Assembly: GCA_023231005.1 (NCBI GenBank)
Contig: JALNWG010000014.1
Coordinates: 9,007-73,006 of the forward strand
Direction of reading: 5' to 3'
DNA length: 64,000 nucleotides
Source of the DNA: Bacteroidales bacterium
Lineage (GTDB): Bacteria > Bacteroidota > Bacteroidia > Bacteroidales > FEN-979
The position numbers and the translations under genes were made by a program. The notes beneath the pieces were generated by a model. It saw nothing but the letters and a program-made list of their open reading frames with translations, made no database searches and was not told the DNA's origin. Of this stretch, positions 27,321-35,805 are shown in pieces (positions within the stretch are counted from its first letter, which is position 1; every line of letters begins with the position of its first letter).

Positions 27321-28871
27321 TTAATCTTCGATAGGGAATTTCGGTTTGTTTTCGAAAAGGTAATTCCCAACATTCTGGATTTCTTTGTATTTTGAAGTAT
27401 CTTCAGTGAATTTCGGAATGATCCTTCTAAGATCTTCAAATTTTTTAAGGGAATATGAGGAAAGTTGTGATTTGAATTCAAGGAATTCAATAGCCTGCAG
27501 AATGGTAATCATGTGGATCGACAATACATGGTAGGTGTTATCAATGACCCTTTTCGTTAGTAAAGCCGCATTGGTACCCATACTGACAATATCCTGGTTA
27601 TCATTATTATTGGTTATGCTATGAAGATACATTGGAAAGGATAGGGTTTGGTTTTCGGCCACTGTGGAAACAGCAGCAAACTGAACGCCCTGCATCCCCA
27701 GGTTGAGGCCTAATTTTCCGAGGTTGACAAAAGGGGGAAGTTTCATATTTAATTTATCGTTCAGCAGGTAATTCAACTGCCGTTCGGCGAGCATGGAAAG
27801 TTTGGTGATCGCAATTTTCAGTTTGTCCATCTCCAAGGCAACATAATCGCCATGAAAATTTCCACCATGGAAAACGTTTTTTGCCACGTCATCGATAATG
27901 GGATTGTCGTTGGTTGAATTCACTTCATTGATCAAGACTTTTTCGGCATTCAGAATGGTATCAAGAATGGGACCCAGTACCTGAGGTACGCAACGAAGAG
28001 AATAATATTCCTGAACTTTATGCTTAAAAATTTCTATTTCATCAGTTTTACCATTATATAAATGGTCAGCTCTGTGTCGGATCAGTTTGCTATCCTTCAA
28101 AATTGAACGCATGATCCGGGCAACTTGTATTTGTCCATAATGGTGCTTGACCTTATTCAGTCCTTCACTGAAATGGTCATCATAAGATTCAACGATTTCA
28201 TTGACCATAGAAGAAGCTAGGATTGCCCAATCCAACAGGTTCTTTGCATGGACCAGATTGATCATTCCGATACCTGTCATTGCGGAAGTGCCATTGATAA
28301 GGGAAAGGCCTTCCCGTATGTGCATTTTTATCGGGATCAATCCTTCTTTTTCAAAAATATTCGCGGTAGGTTGGATCTTCCCTTTATACCACATTTCTCC
28401 TTCTCCGATCATATTCAAAGCCAGATGGGCAAGTTGTACAAGGTCGCCGCTGGCACCAACTCCACCATGTTCCGGAATATAAGGATTGATATTGCGATTG
28501 ATCAGTTCTTGAAGAAGAAGTACACATTCAACATGGATACCGGATCTGGCCTGCATCAACGTGTTTAATCTTGCCAGCATGGTTGCTTTGGCATAAATTT
28601 CAGGAAGAGGATCTCCGCAACCTGAACTATGGCTGCGAATCAGGTTATATTGAAGTTGAAGTTCACTATTGGTGTCGATTTTATATTGAGCCATCGGACC
28701 AAGTCCGGTATTGATTCCGTAAATCACCTTTCCCTTTGCAAATTCTTTCAGGAATTCATAATTTTTTTTAACTTTTGTAACTGCAGCGGGATCGAGATCA
28801 ATCTTTTCACCAAGAAAAAGAACTTTAAAGAAATCGTCGGGTGTAAGTTTCTGCGCGCCTACTCTTATCAT
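27321..28871 (-). CDS. aromatic amino acid ammonia-lyase (MIO-dependent HAL/TAL family), probable tyrosine ammonia-lyase for the aryl starter
   Basis: MIO-forming GGVGASGDLVQLAH, plus NTGLGPMA and NDNQDIVSMG. It is the first gene of the operon, and there are no hut genes nearby. Confidence 0.85.
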   Translation of the reverse strand: MIRVGAQKLTPDDFFKVLFLGEKIDLDPAAVTKVKKNYEFLKEFAKGKVIYGINTGLGPMAQYKIDTNSELQLQYNLIRSHSSGCGDPLPEIYAKATMLARLNTLMQARSGIHVECVLLLQELINRNINPYIPEHGGVGASGDLVQLAHLALNMIGEGEMWYKGKIQPTANIFEKEGLIPIKMHIREGLSLINGTSAMTGIGMINLVHAKNLLDWAILASSMVNEIVESYDDHFSEGLNKVKHHYGQIQVARIMRSILKDSKLIRHRADHLYNGKTDEIEIFKHKVQEYYSLRCVPQVLGPILDTILNAEKVLINEVNSTNDNPIIDDVAKNVFHGGNFHGDYVALEMDKLKIAITKLSMLAERQLNYLLNDKLNMKLPPFVNLGKLGLNLGMQGVQFAAVSTVAENQTLSFPMYLHSITNNNDNQDIVSMGTNAALLTKRVIDNTYHVLSIHMITILQAIEFLEFKSQLSSYSLKKFEDLRRIIPKFTEDTSKYKEIQNVGNYLFENKPKFPIED

Positions 28872-28920
28872 CGTTTCGTATAATTTAACTCAAAAAAAAT
28901 GTTTTGTTTAAAAATCAATT

Positions 28921-28962
28921 GGCAAAGGTATAAAGTTTTTTGAAAAAAGTATTACCTTTGCC
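28921..28962. promoter_or_regulatory. 42-bp interrupted palindrome whose arms are divergent TAnnTTTG (-7-like) boxes
   Basis: GGCAAAGGTA at 28921-28930 and TACCTTTGCC at 28953-28962 are perfect reverse complements, with an inner TTTTTTGAAAAAA. TACCTTTG reads outward on both strands, toward the operon start at 28871 and toward the tRNA at 28992. Confidence 0.4.
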
Positions 28963-28991
28963 ATCGCAAAATCGGAACCATTTCCGGTATT

Positions 28992-29065
28992 GGCCCCGTA
29001 GCTTAACTGAATAGAGCATCTGACTACGGATCAGAAGGTTGAGGGTTTGAATCCCCCCGGGGTCA
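28992..29065 (+). tRNA. tRNA-Arg (anticodon ACG)
   Basis: Cloverleaf folded by hand. Acceptor GGCCCCG pairs with CGGGGTC (one G-U). Anticodon stem TCTGA/TCAGA with loop CTACGGA. T-loop TTTGAAT. 74 nt, and CCA is not encoded. Confidence 0.85.
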
Positions 29066-29226
29066 CAAGAAAATCAATCACTTACAAGAAGTTCTCACTT
29101 GCTCCAGCTACCTAAACAATAACCCAACGGGTCTCCTTCATTATTACAAAGAATCTTTCGATAAATAATCAAATCACCTATTGACTTTCAGTATTTTAAA
29201 GTGTATATTTACCACACTTTAATATA

Positions 29227-29460
29227 ATGCCCGTAAATATGAAAAAGTTACTTTCTATTTTCTGGCTACTTGTGATTTGTATCACCCTTTCTGCTCAAAA
29301 TTCGGATTTTCTATCGAAAAAAGAATTCCTGGCCGAGAAGAAAAAAATAATGGAACCAGCCAGAGAGTTAAAAAAAATGACTTCAACCCAGAAAGAGGTC
29401 AACGACAGCGATATCAGTCGCAAATTTACTGAAATTGAAGGACGGAAATCAAATCATTGA
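29227..29460 (+). CDS. small hypothetical secreted protein, possibly an N-terminal remnant
   Basis: Signal-peptide-like MKKLLSIFWLLVICITLSAQ followed by a charged tail. Overlaps the 3' end of the convergent gene by 35 nt. Confidence 0.25.
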   Translation: MPVNMKKLLSIFWLLVICITLSAQNSDFLSKKEFLAEKKKIMEPARELKKMTSTQKEVNDSDISRKFTEIEGRKSNH

Positions 29461-32035
29461 CCACCCCGATCTTATAACCTTCCGAAAAATAGTGTATCCT
29501 TCCATCCGGGGTAATATACAGGATAAACGGCAATAAGGTATTTTCAGAATGTTTCATTGCAGCAATAACCATTTTCAAGGTCGATGGCTGTGCAATAAAG
29601 GTATGGATTCCATCTGGAAGTGTAGATTTGTATTTCTTTTCGAAATCATTTTTATCATTGATGTTTTTAAAGAGTAAGATCATCTTCCCATGCCATCGCT
29701 CAATCTCACTTTTTTTCTGCTCAAGATCAGCAATAAAATGCTTGGTAGGCTCTTTCTCCGGCTCCAGCCAGGCAAGGATCAATGGAATTCCTTGCCGGAT
29801 ACTAACTGAAGTATTTTCTTTCAGATCATTAATCAATGCTTTTACATCAATGGTTCCAAATACCGGAAGTGGTGCTAAATCTTTTCTCAGAAGGAGATCA
29901 GCCTCCTGTTTTTGATCTTTTTTAAGTTGAAAGGTGTGAAGGTTTACTAATACTTTTCCTCCCGATAAACGGCTTCCGGTAACGATCAGGTAATATCCAG
30001 GTGCAAGAGAAAGAGTACATGGAAAATTTTTAACCATCGGATCGGTTTCATAGTCCAATGAGCGGAAAAAACCATCTCCGTATTTTTCGATGGTAAAATG
30101 AACATAATATTCCGGGTTTATTCCATTTTTTTTATTGGACATTAGGGTCAAAGTACCCCGGGTATTGGAAACTTCTATTGGCTTTTCGAAATACACATCT
30201 TTCCATTTCCCATCTTTGGAATATTGTGGAATTTTTGTCCCAGGTTCCAGTCGCGCCGGGATATCAAAGCTGCGGCATAAAGCAACAAAAAGGATATCCA
30301 AAGAATGAAGATCGGTCACTTTCAATTCATACGAGCCAATCGGGGTAAGGGGAGCTCTGCCATAATTTGAACTATTATCGATCCGGATGTTGGCTTTCAA
30401 CCATACAACAAGCGAATCAGGCTGTTGTTGAAATTTCTTTACAAATTTCCCATCAATCTTCTTGTTAAAGAAGGATTTATAGGGTTTAAGCCATTCATTA
30501 TCTACCCGAGGAGATAAAATATCCGGATTGTTGCTTTTGGCTTGTATGATATTATCCGATAATACTTCCGTGGTTATATCGCGTAAATCCTTTTGAGAGA
30601 TACTTTGAAGTAAAGGGAAGATAAAAGATTTCTGTTGTTTGGAAACGCCTGTAATGAAATCAATGATCTCTCTCCAGTTTCCGCGAGAGCGTTTCAGGAA
30701 ATACCACAATGTGTCGGGATTCAATTGAAGTTGCTTTGCCAATCGGAAGGTTTTTGTTGAATCAATAAAAGTAGATTCATAATTGGATCTGATTTTATCT
30801 TCAAACTCAATTTTTTTGAGATTCAGGCTTTTTAATGAATCATTTGGTTTAACTTTTACAGCCATTTCGGGAGGAGGGGTAAGGTCAAATGCATCTGAAA
30901 TGTCCGTTCCCGGTTTCATCGAGAGCTTAATGATCGCAGTATCGGTTGATTTTACAGAGGCTTTGACATATCCGAATTTTCCGTTTTTTGAAGCCCAGAG
31001 TACGAGGTCGCCGTATCCTGTTAATAAAGAGGTGATCCCTTTATGATTTGTAAAATCTTTATGCAGCGGGTAAAATTCAGCATAATTGTAAAGCTGGAAT
31101 TCGACAATGGCACTGTCGACAGGGTGGTTATTATCATCCACTACTTTTGCATAAAGCCTTTTTGTTTCTGCATAGTTGGAGAGGATATTAATTTTCGTGT
31201 ACCGTTCATCTTTCTGCAAAATATCTTCCGGACCTTCATAATCGCCAAATACATTGGTATTTACAAGCATAGCACGTTTAGCAGGACCTGTGAACCAGGC
31301 TAGATCCAGATCAATATCCGGTTCACATGCACCGATAAAGTGCCATTTCCCGTCAACCCATACTTCAACCCAGGCATGATTATCATCACTATGGGCCCAC
31401 CGTGGTGTATAGCATTGACGCGCGGGAATCCCTACAGAACGGAGCGCTGCTACGGTAAAAGTAGACTCCTCGCCACAACGCCCGAAAGCAGTCTTTACAG
31501 TAGCTAAGGGAGACGAGGTCCGTCCATCTGTTCCCTGATACGTCACTTTTTCATGGCACCAGTGATTGACCTCCAGAACCGCATCCTTCATGGACAATTT
31601 TTTAATCCTGTCTTTCATCTCCATGAAAAAAATCCATCTGGAAGAATCAAGGTTTTCATTATTGACCCGGATTGGGAGTACAAAATGGCGAAAAAGGATC
31701 TCCGGTACCTTTTTCCCCCATTCAAATGTATCCCTTGCTGCAAAGGATGCCCTGACATTTTTCAGATAAAAATCCCCATTATAATCTGCCAGATCACTTA
31801 ATGGCATATAGGCATATAAAAATTCAAGTGCCTCTTTTTCTTTTAGCGATAATTTCTGGTCGAATACATGAAAAAGCTCTTCCTTGCGACTTCCGGCCAG
31901 CATTTTTTGCTTTTCAAATTGTGATTCTACCTTTTTACGATAGGTAGAATCCGTGATAAAATGTTTATTCCGGTTACAGGATGAGAAAAAGACAAGTAAA
32001 CCGAGAAGGAGGCAAAGCCAGACTGATTTTTTCAT
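29426..32035 (-). CDS. transglutaminase-core (Cys-His-Asp) domain lipoprotein, ~870 aa
   Basis: Lipobox in MKKSVWLCLLLGLLVFFSSC. Core reads FGRCGEESTFTVAALRSVGIPAR...DNHAWVEVWVDGKWHFIGACEPD. Start trimmed to the ATG at 32035, 5 nt after the MFS stop. Confidence 0.8.
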   Translation of the reverse strand: MKKSVWLCLLLGLLVFFSSCNRNKHFITDSTYRKKVESQFEKQKMLAGSRKEELFHVFDQKLSLKEKEALEFLYAYMPLSDLADYNGDFYLKNVRASFAARDTFEWGKKVPEILFRHFVLPIRVNNENLDSSRWIFFMEMKDRIKKLSMKDAVLEVNHWCHEKVTYQGTDGRTSSPLATVKTAFGRCGEESTFTVAALRSVGIPARQCYTPRWAHSDDNHAWVEVWVDGKWHFIGACEPDIDLDLAWFTGPAKRAMLVNTNVFGDYEGPEDILQKDERYTKINILSNYAETKRLYAKVVDDNNHPVDSAIVEFQLYNYAEFYPLHKDFTNHKGITSLLTGYGDLVLWASKNGKFGYVKASVKSTDTAIIKLSMKPGTDISDAFDLTPPPEMAVKVKPNDSLKSLNLKKIEFEDKIRSNYESTFIDSTKTFRLAKQLQLNPDTLWYFLKRSRGNWREIIDFITGVSKQQKSFIFPLLQSISQKDLRDITTEVLSDNIIQAKSNNPDILSPRVDNEWLKPYKSFFNKKIDGKFVKKFQQQPDSLVVWLKANIRIDNSSNYGRAPLTPIGSYELKVTDLHSLDILFVALCRSFDIPARLEPGTKIPQYSKDGKWKDVYFEKPIEVSNTRGTLTLMSNKKNGINPEYYVHFTIEKYGDGFFRSLDYETDPMVKNFPCTLSLAPGYYLIVTGSRLSGGKVLVNLHTFQLKKDQKQEADLLLRKDLAPLPVFGTIDVKALINDLKENTSVSIRQGIPLILAWLEPEKEPTKHFIADLEQKKSEIERWHGKMILLFKNINDKNDFEKKYKSTLPDGIHTFIAQPSTLKMVIAAMKHSENTLLPFILYITPDGRIHYFSEGYKIGVVNDLISVLQFQ

Positions 32036-32040
32036 TATCG

Positions 32041-33246
32041 TTATGCTTTTCGAAAGGTTGATATTGCACAATACCCAATATAAGTAACACATACAAGGGG
32101 AACAATAAAGCCGGTCAGCAAAGTGGTATTATCGGCTACCAATCCCATGATGGGAGGGATAAGCGCTCCACCAACAATTGCGGAGACCATGAGTCCCGAC
32201 AATTCGTTGGATCGCTCTGGCATACGATCAACCGTAATTGAGAAAATTAGTGGAAAAATATTTGCAAAACCCAGTCCTACCAAAATAATTCCGGTATATG
32301 CAAAAAATTTACTTCCCAGAAACATCATCAATATTCCAAGAAAAGATAAAATCACCGTTGCAATCAGGAATTTTTTAGGTGATAGCGATCGAAGGATTAG
32401 AGCGCCGGTAAAACGACCGACTAAAATCGGAAGAAAAAATAATGTCCAGGCTACTAATAAACCAAAGTTTTCGATTCCATATTTTTCTTTCAACAAAATG
32501 GGGATTCCGGAACTCATGGAAACTTCAGCGCCAACGTATACAAAGATGGCAGCAACCATCAATGCCACATACCCATTTCCGAGGAGTTTTAAACAGGCAA
32601 TTAAAGAGACTGGCTTTGAATCAGGATCACGTTTTTCTTCAATCTTTGTAAAATAGACCCAAACCAAAGTGATTAAAATCAGGATGGCATAAATCGGAAA
32701 CAGAATGGTCCAGTCAAGCCCCAGAGGTTTGGCAACCAACGGTGGGAGTAAAAATCCCATGGATGATCCGATGGCTTTGATGGATTGTCCCATTGACAGG
32801 TTACTGGAAAATTTCCCTTCGGGGGATACGTCCCGCATGATTGGATTTCCTGATACCTGAAGAATGGTAGCGCCTGCTCCTAACATAAGGATCGAAAACA
32901 ATAGAATATAAAATTCCCCACCAGAAGAGAGATTAAAGGCAATCACAGGACCATACATTCCATTGATAATCGGAATGAGTAATCCAATAAATGCAATGAT
33001 CAAACCTAAAATCAATAAAAACTTCTTTCCGCGATGTCCCTGTAAGACACCCATTGGTACCGAGAGTATACCAAACATGATAAAACCCATCAGGGGAAGT
33101 AATTGAGCCATGAAATTTGAGAGCTGGAATGATTCTTTGGCTAATCCGACCATTGGCCCAACCACATCGCCAAAGCCCATACAAAGAAACGCCATGAAAA
33201 TTGGGTAGGATTTTGACATCCCGTTTGCAGCGGTATTTTTCATCAT
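32041..33246 (-). CDS. MFS transporter, FucP / glucose-galactose (sugar) type
   Basis: ~12 predicted TM helices. The N-terminal pattern FLCMGFGDVVGPMVGLAKESFQLSNFMAQLL..SVPMGVLQGHRGKK resembles the FucP/GluP family. Confidence 0.75.
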   Translation of the reverse strand: MMKNTAANGMSKSYPIFMAFLCMGFGDVVGPMVGLAKESFQLSNFMAQLLPLMGFIMFGILSVPMGVLQGHRGKKFLLILGLIIAFIGLLIPIINGMYGPVIAFNLSSGGEFYILLFSILMLGAGATILQVSGNPIMRDVSPEGKFSSNLSMGQSIKAIGSSMGFLLPPLVAKPLGLDWTILFPIYAILILITLVWVYFTKIEEKRDPDSKPVSLIACLKLLGNGYVALMVAAIFVYVGAEVSMSSGIPILLKEKYGIENFGLLVAWTLFFLPILVGRFTGALILRSLSPKKFLIATVILSFLGILMMFLGSKFFAYTGIILVGLGFANIFPLIFSITVDRMPERSNELSGLMVSAIVGGALIPPIMGLVADNTTLLTGFIVPLVCVTYIGYCAISTFRKA

Positions 33247-33380
33247 AAATATTATTGTTAGTATTGAATGATAATTTCCGAATTGATCATGGGAATTTCT
33301 GTACTTCTTTCTTACCCTGACTTGAGTTTTAACATATAATCTTTGCCATTTGTTAATTGTCCATTTTCAATTTTAAATTG

Positions 33381-35762
33381 TCATATTGACTGATGTTCTG
33401 TTCGTTTAATTATTTCATTTTGAAGATCTTCACCAAGATCATTAAAATAATCGCTATAACCGGCAACCCGTACAATCAAGTCACGGTGTTTTTCGGGAAA
33501 TCGTTGGGCATCACGCAGCGTCTCTGCCGAAACTACATTAAACTGAATATGGTGACCATCCATTCTAAAGTAGGACCGGATTAATGCAGTCAGTTTTGTT
33601 ATACTCTCTTCGTTTTCAAAAAAATCGGGAGAAAATTTCTGATTTAGCAAAGTACCACCGGTTCTGAGATGATCCAGTTTTGCAGCGGATTTAAGTACCG
33701 CAGTCGGTCCTTTTTGGTCGGCACCCTGAACCGGTGAAATTCCTTCTGATAGTGGCTCTCCCGCCAACCGGCCATCCGGCAAAGCGCCGGTTACACTTCC
33801 AAAGTAAATATGGGAAGTGGTGGGTAACAAATTAATGCGGTGGATCCCTCCAATGGCAGTCGGATGTCCGTTAACTGCCGTGTAAAAAAGATCAAAAACT
33901 TCCCTGGCCCGGTCATCAGCAAAATCTTCGTCATTTCCATATTTTGGGGTATGGTAAACCAATTCCGCCCTCAACTCTTCAAAATCTGTAAAGTTCTGTG
34001 TCAAAGCTTTTATTATCCCTTTCATGCTCACTGTTTTTCGGTCAAAAACATGGTATTTAAGAGATGTGAGGGAATCGGTGATACTTCCTAATCCTACTCC
34101 CTGGATATAGGTTGTGTTGTATCGCGCCCCACCGTTATTGTAATCAGTTCCCTTGGTAACACAATCATCAATGATCAGTGAGAGAAAAGGAACCGGAATG
34201 AGGTCGGCAAAAATACGGTTGATAAGGTTGTTCCCTTTAATTTTTATTTGAATGAAATGATTTAGTTGAATACGGAAAGCATTTAGGAGATCCTGATACG
34301 TTTCAAATGCCTCCGGATTTCCGGTAGAGGGTCCGATTTGTTTGTTGAGACATGGATCCATGCCGTTGTGCAACGTGATCTCAAGAATTTTTGGAAGGTT
34401 GAAATATCCACTTAGAATGTATGCTTCTGTTCCAAAGGCTCCTGTTTCAACACAACCGCTGGCACCACCGTTACGGGCATCGATGAGATCTTTTCCCTGG
34501 CGGAGGAGTTCCTGAATGATGGCATCGGAATTAAAATAGGAAGGCTGCCCAAAACCAGTCTTAGTGATCTGTAAAGTGCGTTGAATGAAACGATCGGGAC
34601 TTTTTTTACTAATCTGAACCATGGAGCTTGGTTGAAGTAACCGCATCTCTTCAATTACATCCAATAAAAGATACGTCAATTCATTCACACCATCTGATCC
34701 ATCGGGTTTGAGACCACCCAGGTTGATCAATGCAAAATCGGTATAGGTATTGCTTTCCAGAGCAGTCACTCCGACTTTTGGTGGTGCTGGATGGTTGTTG
34801 AATTTGATCCAGTAACTTTGCAAAATTTCCATTGCTGCATCCCGGCTGAGGGATCCATCTTCAATTTCCCGTTGATAAAAGGGAAATAAATGCTGATCCA
34901 GGCGACCTGGATTAAATGAATCCCATGGATTGAGTTCGATGACTACTCCAAGATGGACAAACCAATAATACTGTAAGGCTTCATGAAAAGTATGTGGAGC
35001 ATGAGCAGGAACCCGATGGCAAATTTCAGCAAGCTCCTGTAATTCACGACGTTTAATCCTTAATGCATCACTGTTAGCAGTAATCTGTCCAGCCAATACT
35101 TCCAATTTTTCAGCATGACGTTCCGCATAAAGAATCACAGCTCTGGCAGTGATCTCCATGGCTTTAAGCTCTTCATTCTTTTCGTAAGCATGGGGATCAT
35201 TGATCCAGTCGAGGGAAGCCTTTGATCTTTCGACATCCTGAATAATGTCGAGCATTCCTTTATGATAAATTTTATTTCCGGCCACGGTATGCCCTGGTGC
35301 CCGTTGTTCCATAAATTCCGTAAAAATACCAGCTTTATATGCCTGTCTCCATTCTTCCGGGAGGGTGCGCATGATCCGGTCTCGGTTACTTCTTCCTTGC
35401 CAGAACGGAATAATTTTATCCCGATAGATTTCTTTTGTTGTCTGATCTACCTTGAATGATACTTTTTTCCGTGAGTTAAGTATTTCCAGATCTTCAAGTG
35501 AGTGAAGGTTGATTTCGGGATAGGTAGATACGGCTTTAGGCGCTGGTCCACGCTCGCCGACAATCAGCTCGCCTTCATTTATGCAAATATGTTTATTTTT
35601 TAATATATATTCAAAAGAAAGCGCTCGCATTACTGGAACAGAAACTTCCCGGTCGATACCGGTACTATAGAAATCCGTTACCAACAACGCTCTTTCAGGA
35701 TTGATACAATTCACTGCATCCAGGCTTTGTTTCCTGAGTTTTTTAATACGGTCGGTCATCAT
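33381..35762 (-). CDS. glycyl radical enzyme, dehydratase/lyase (eliminase) class; substrate unknown
   Basis: Glycyl loop VRVAGYSDYF near the C-terminus. Cys loop GASGCVETG has a single Cys plus Glu, not the CC of pyruvate formate-lyase. The ORF-track start at 35780 is TTG; the first ATG is at 35762. Confidence 0.9.
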   Translation of the reverse strand: MMTDRIKKLRKQSLDAVNCINPERALLVTDFYSTGIDREVSVPVMRALSFEYILKNKHICINEGELIVGERGPAPKAVSTYPEINLHSLEDLEILNSRKKVSFKVDQTTKEIYRDKIIPFWQGRSNRDRIMRTLPEEWRQAYKAGIFTEFMEQRAPGHTVAGNKIYHKGMLDIIQDVERSKASLDWINDPHAYEKNEELKAMEITARAVILYAERHAEKLEVLAGQITANSDALRIKRRELQELAEICHRVPAHAPHTFHEALQYYWFVHLGVVIELNPWDSFNPGRLDQHLFPFYQREIEDGSLSRDAAMEILQSYWIKFNNHPAPPKVGVTALESNTYTDFALINLGGLKPDGSDGVNELTYLLLDVIEEMRLLQPSSMVQISKKSPDRFIQRTLQITKTGFGQPSYFNSDAIIQELLRQGKDLIDARNGGASGCVETGAFGTEAYILSGYFNLPKILEITLHNGMDPCLNKQIGPSTGNPEAFETYQDLLNAFRIQLNHFIQIKIKGNNLINRIFADLIPVPFLSLIIDDCVTKGTDYNNGGARYNTTYIQGVGLGSITDSLTSLKYHVFDRKTVSMKGIIKALTQNFTDFEELRAELVYHTPKYGNDEDFADDRAREVFDLFYTAVNGHPTAIGGIHRINLLPTTSHIYFGSVTGALPDGRLAGEPLSEGISPVQGADQKGPTAVLKSAAKLDHLRTGGTLLNQKFSPDFFENEESITKLTALIRSYFRMDGHHIQFNVVSAETLRDAQRFPEKHRDLIVRVAGYSDYFNDLGEDLQNEIIKRTEHQSI

Positions 35763-35805
35763 ATTCGGGTACTTAGACAATTTTTCACAAATATAACTGA
35801 AAATA

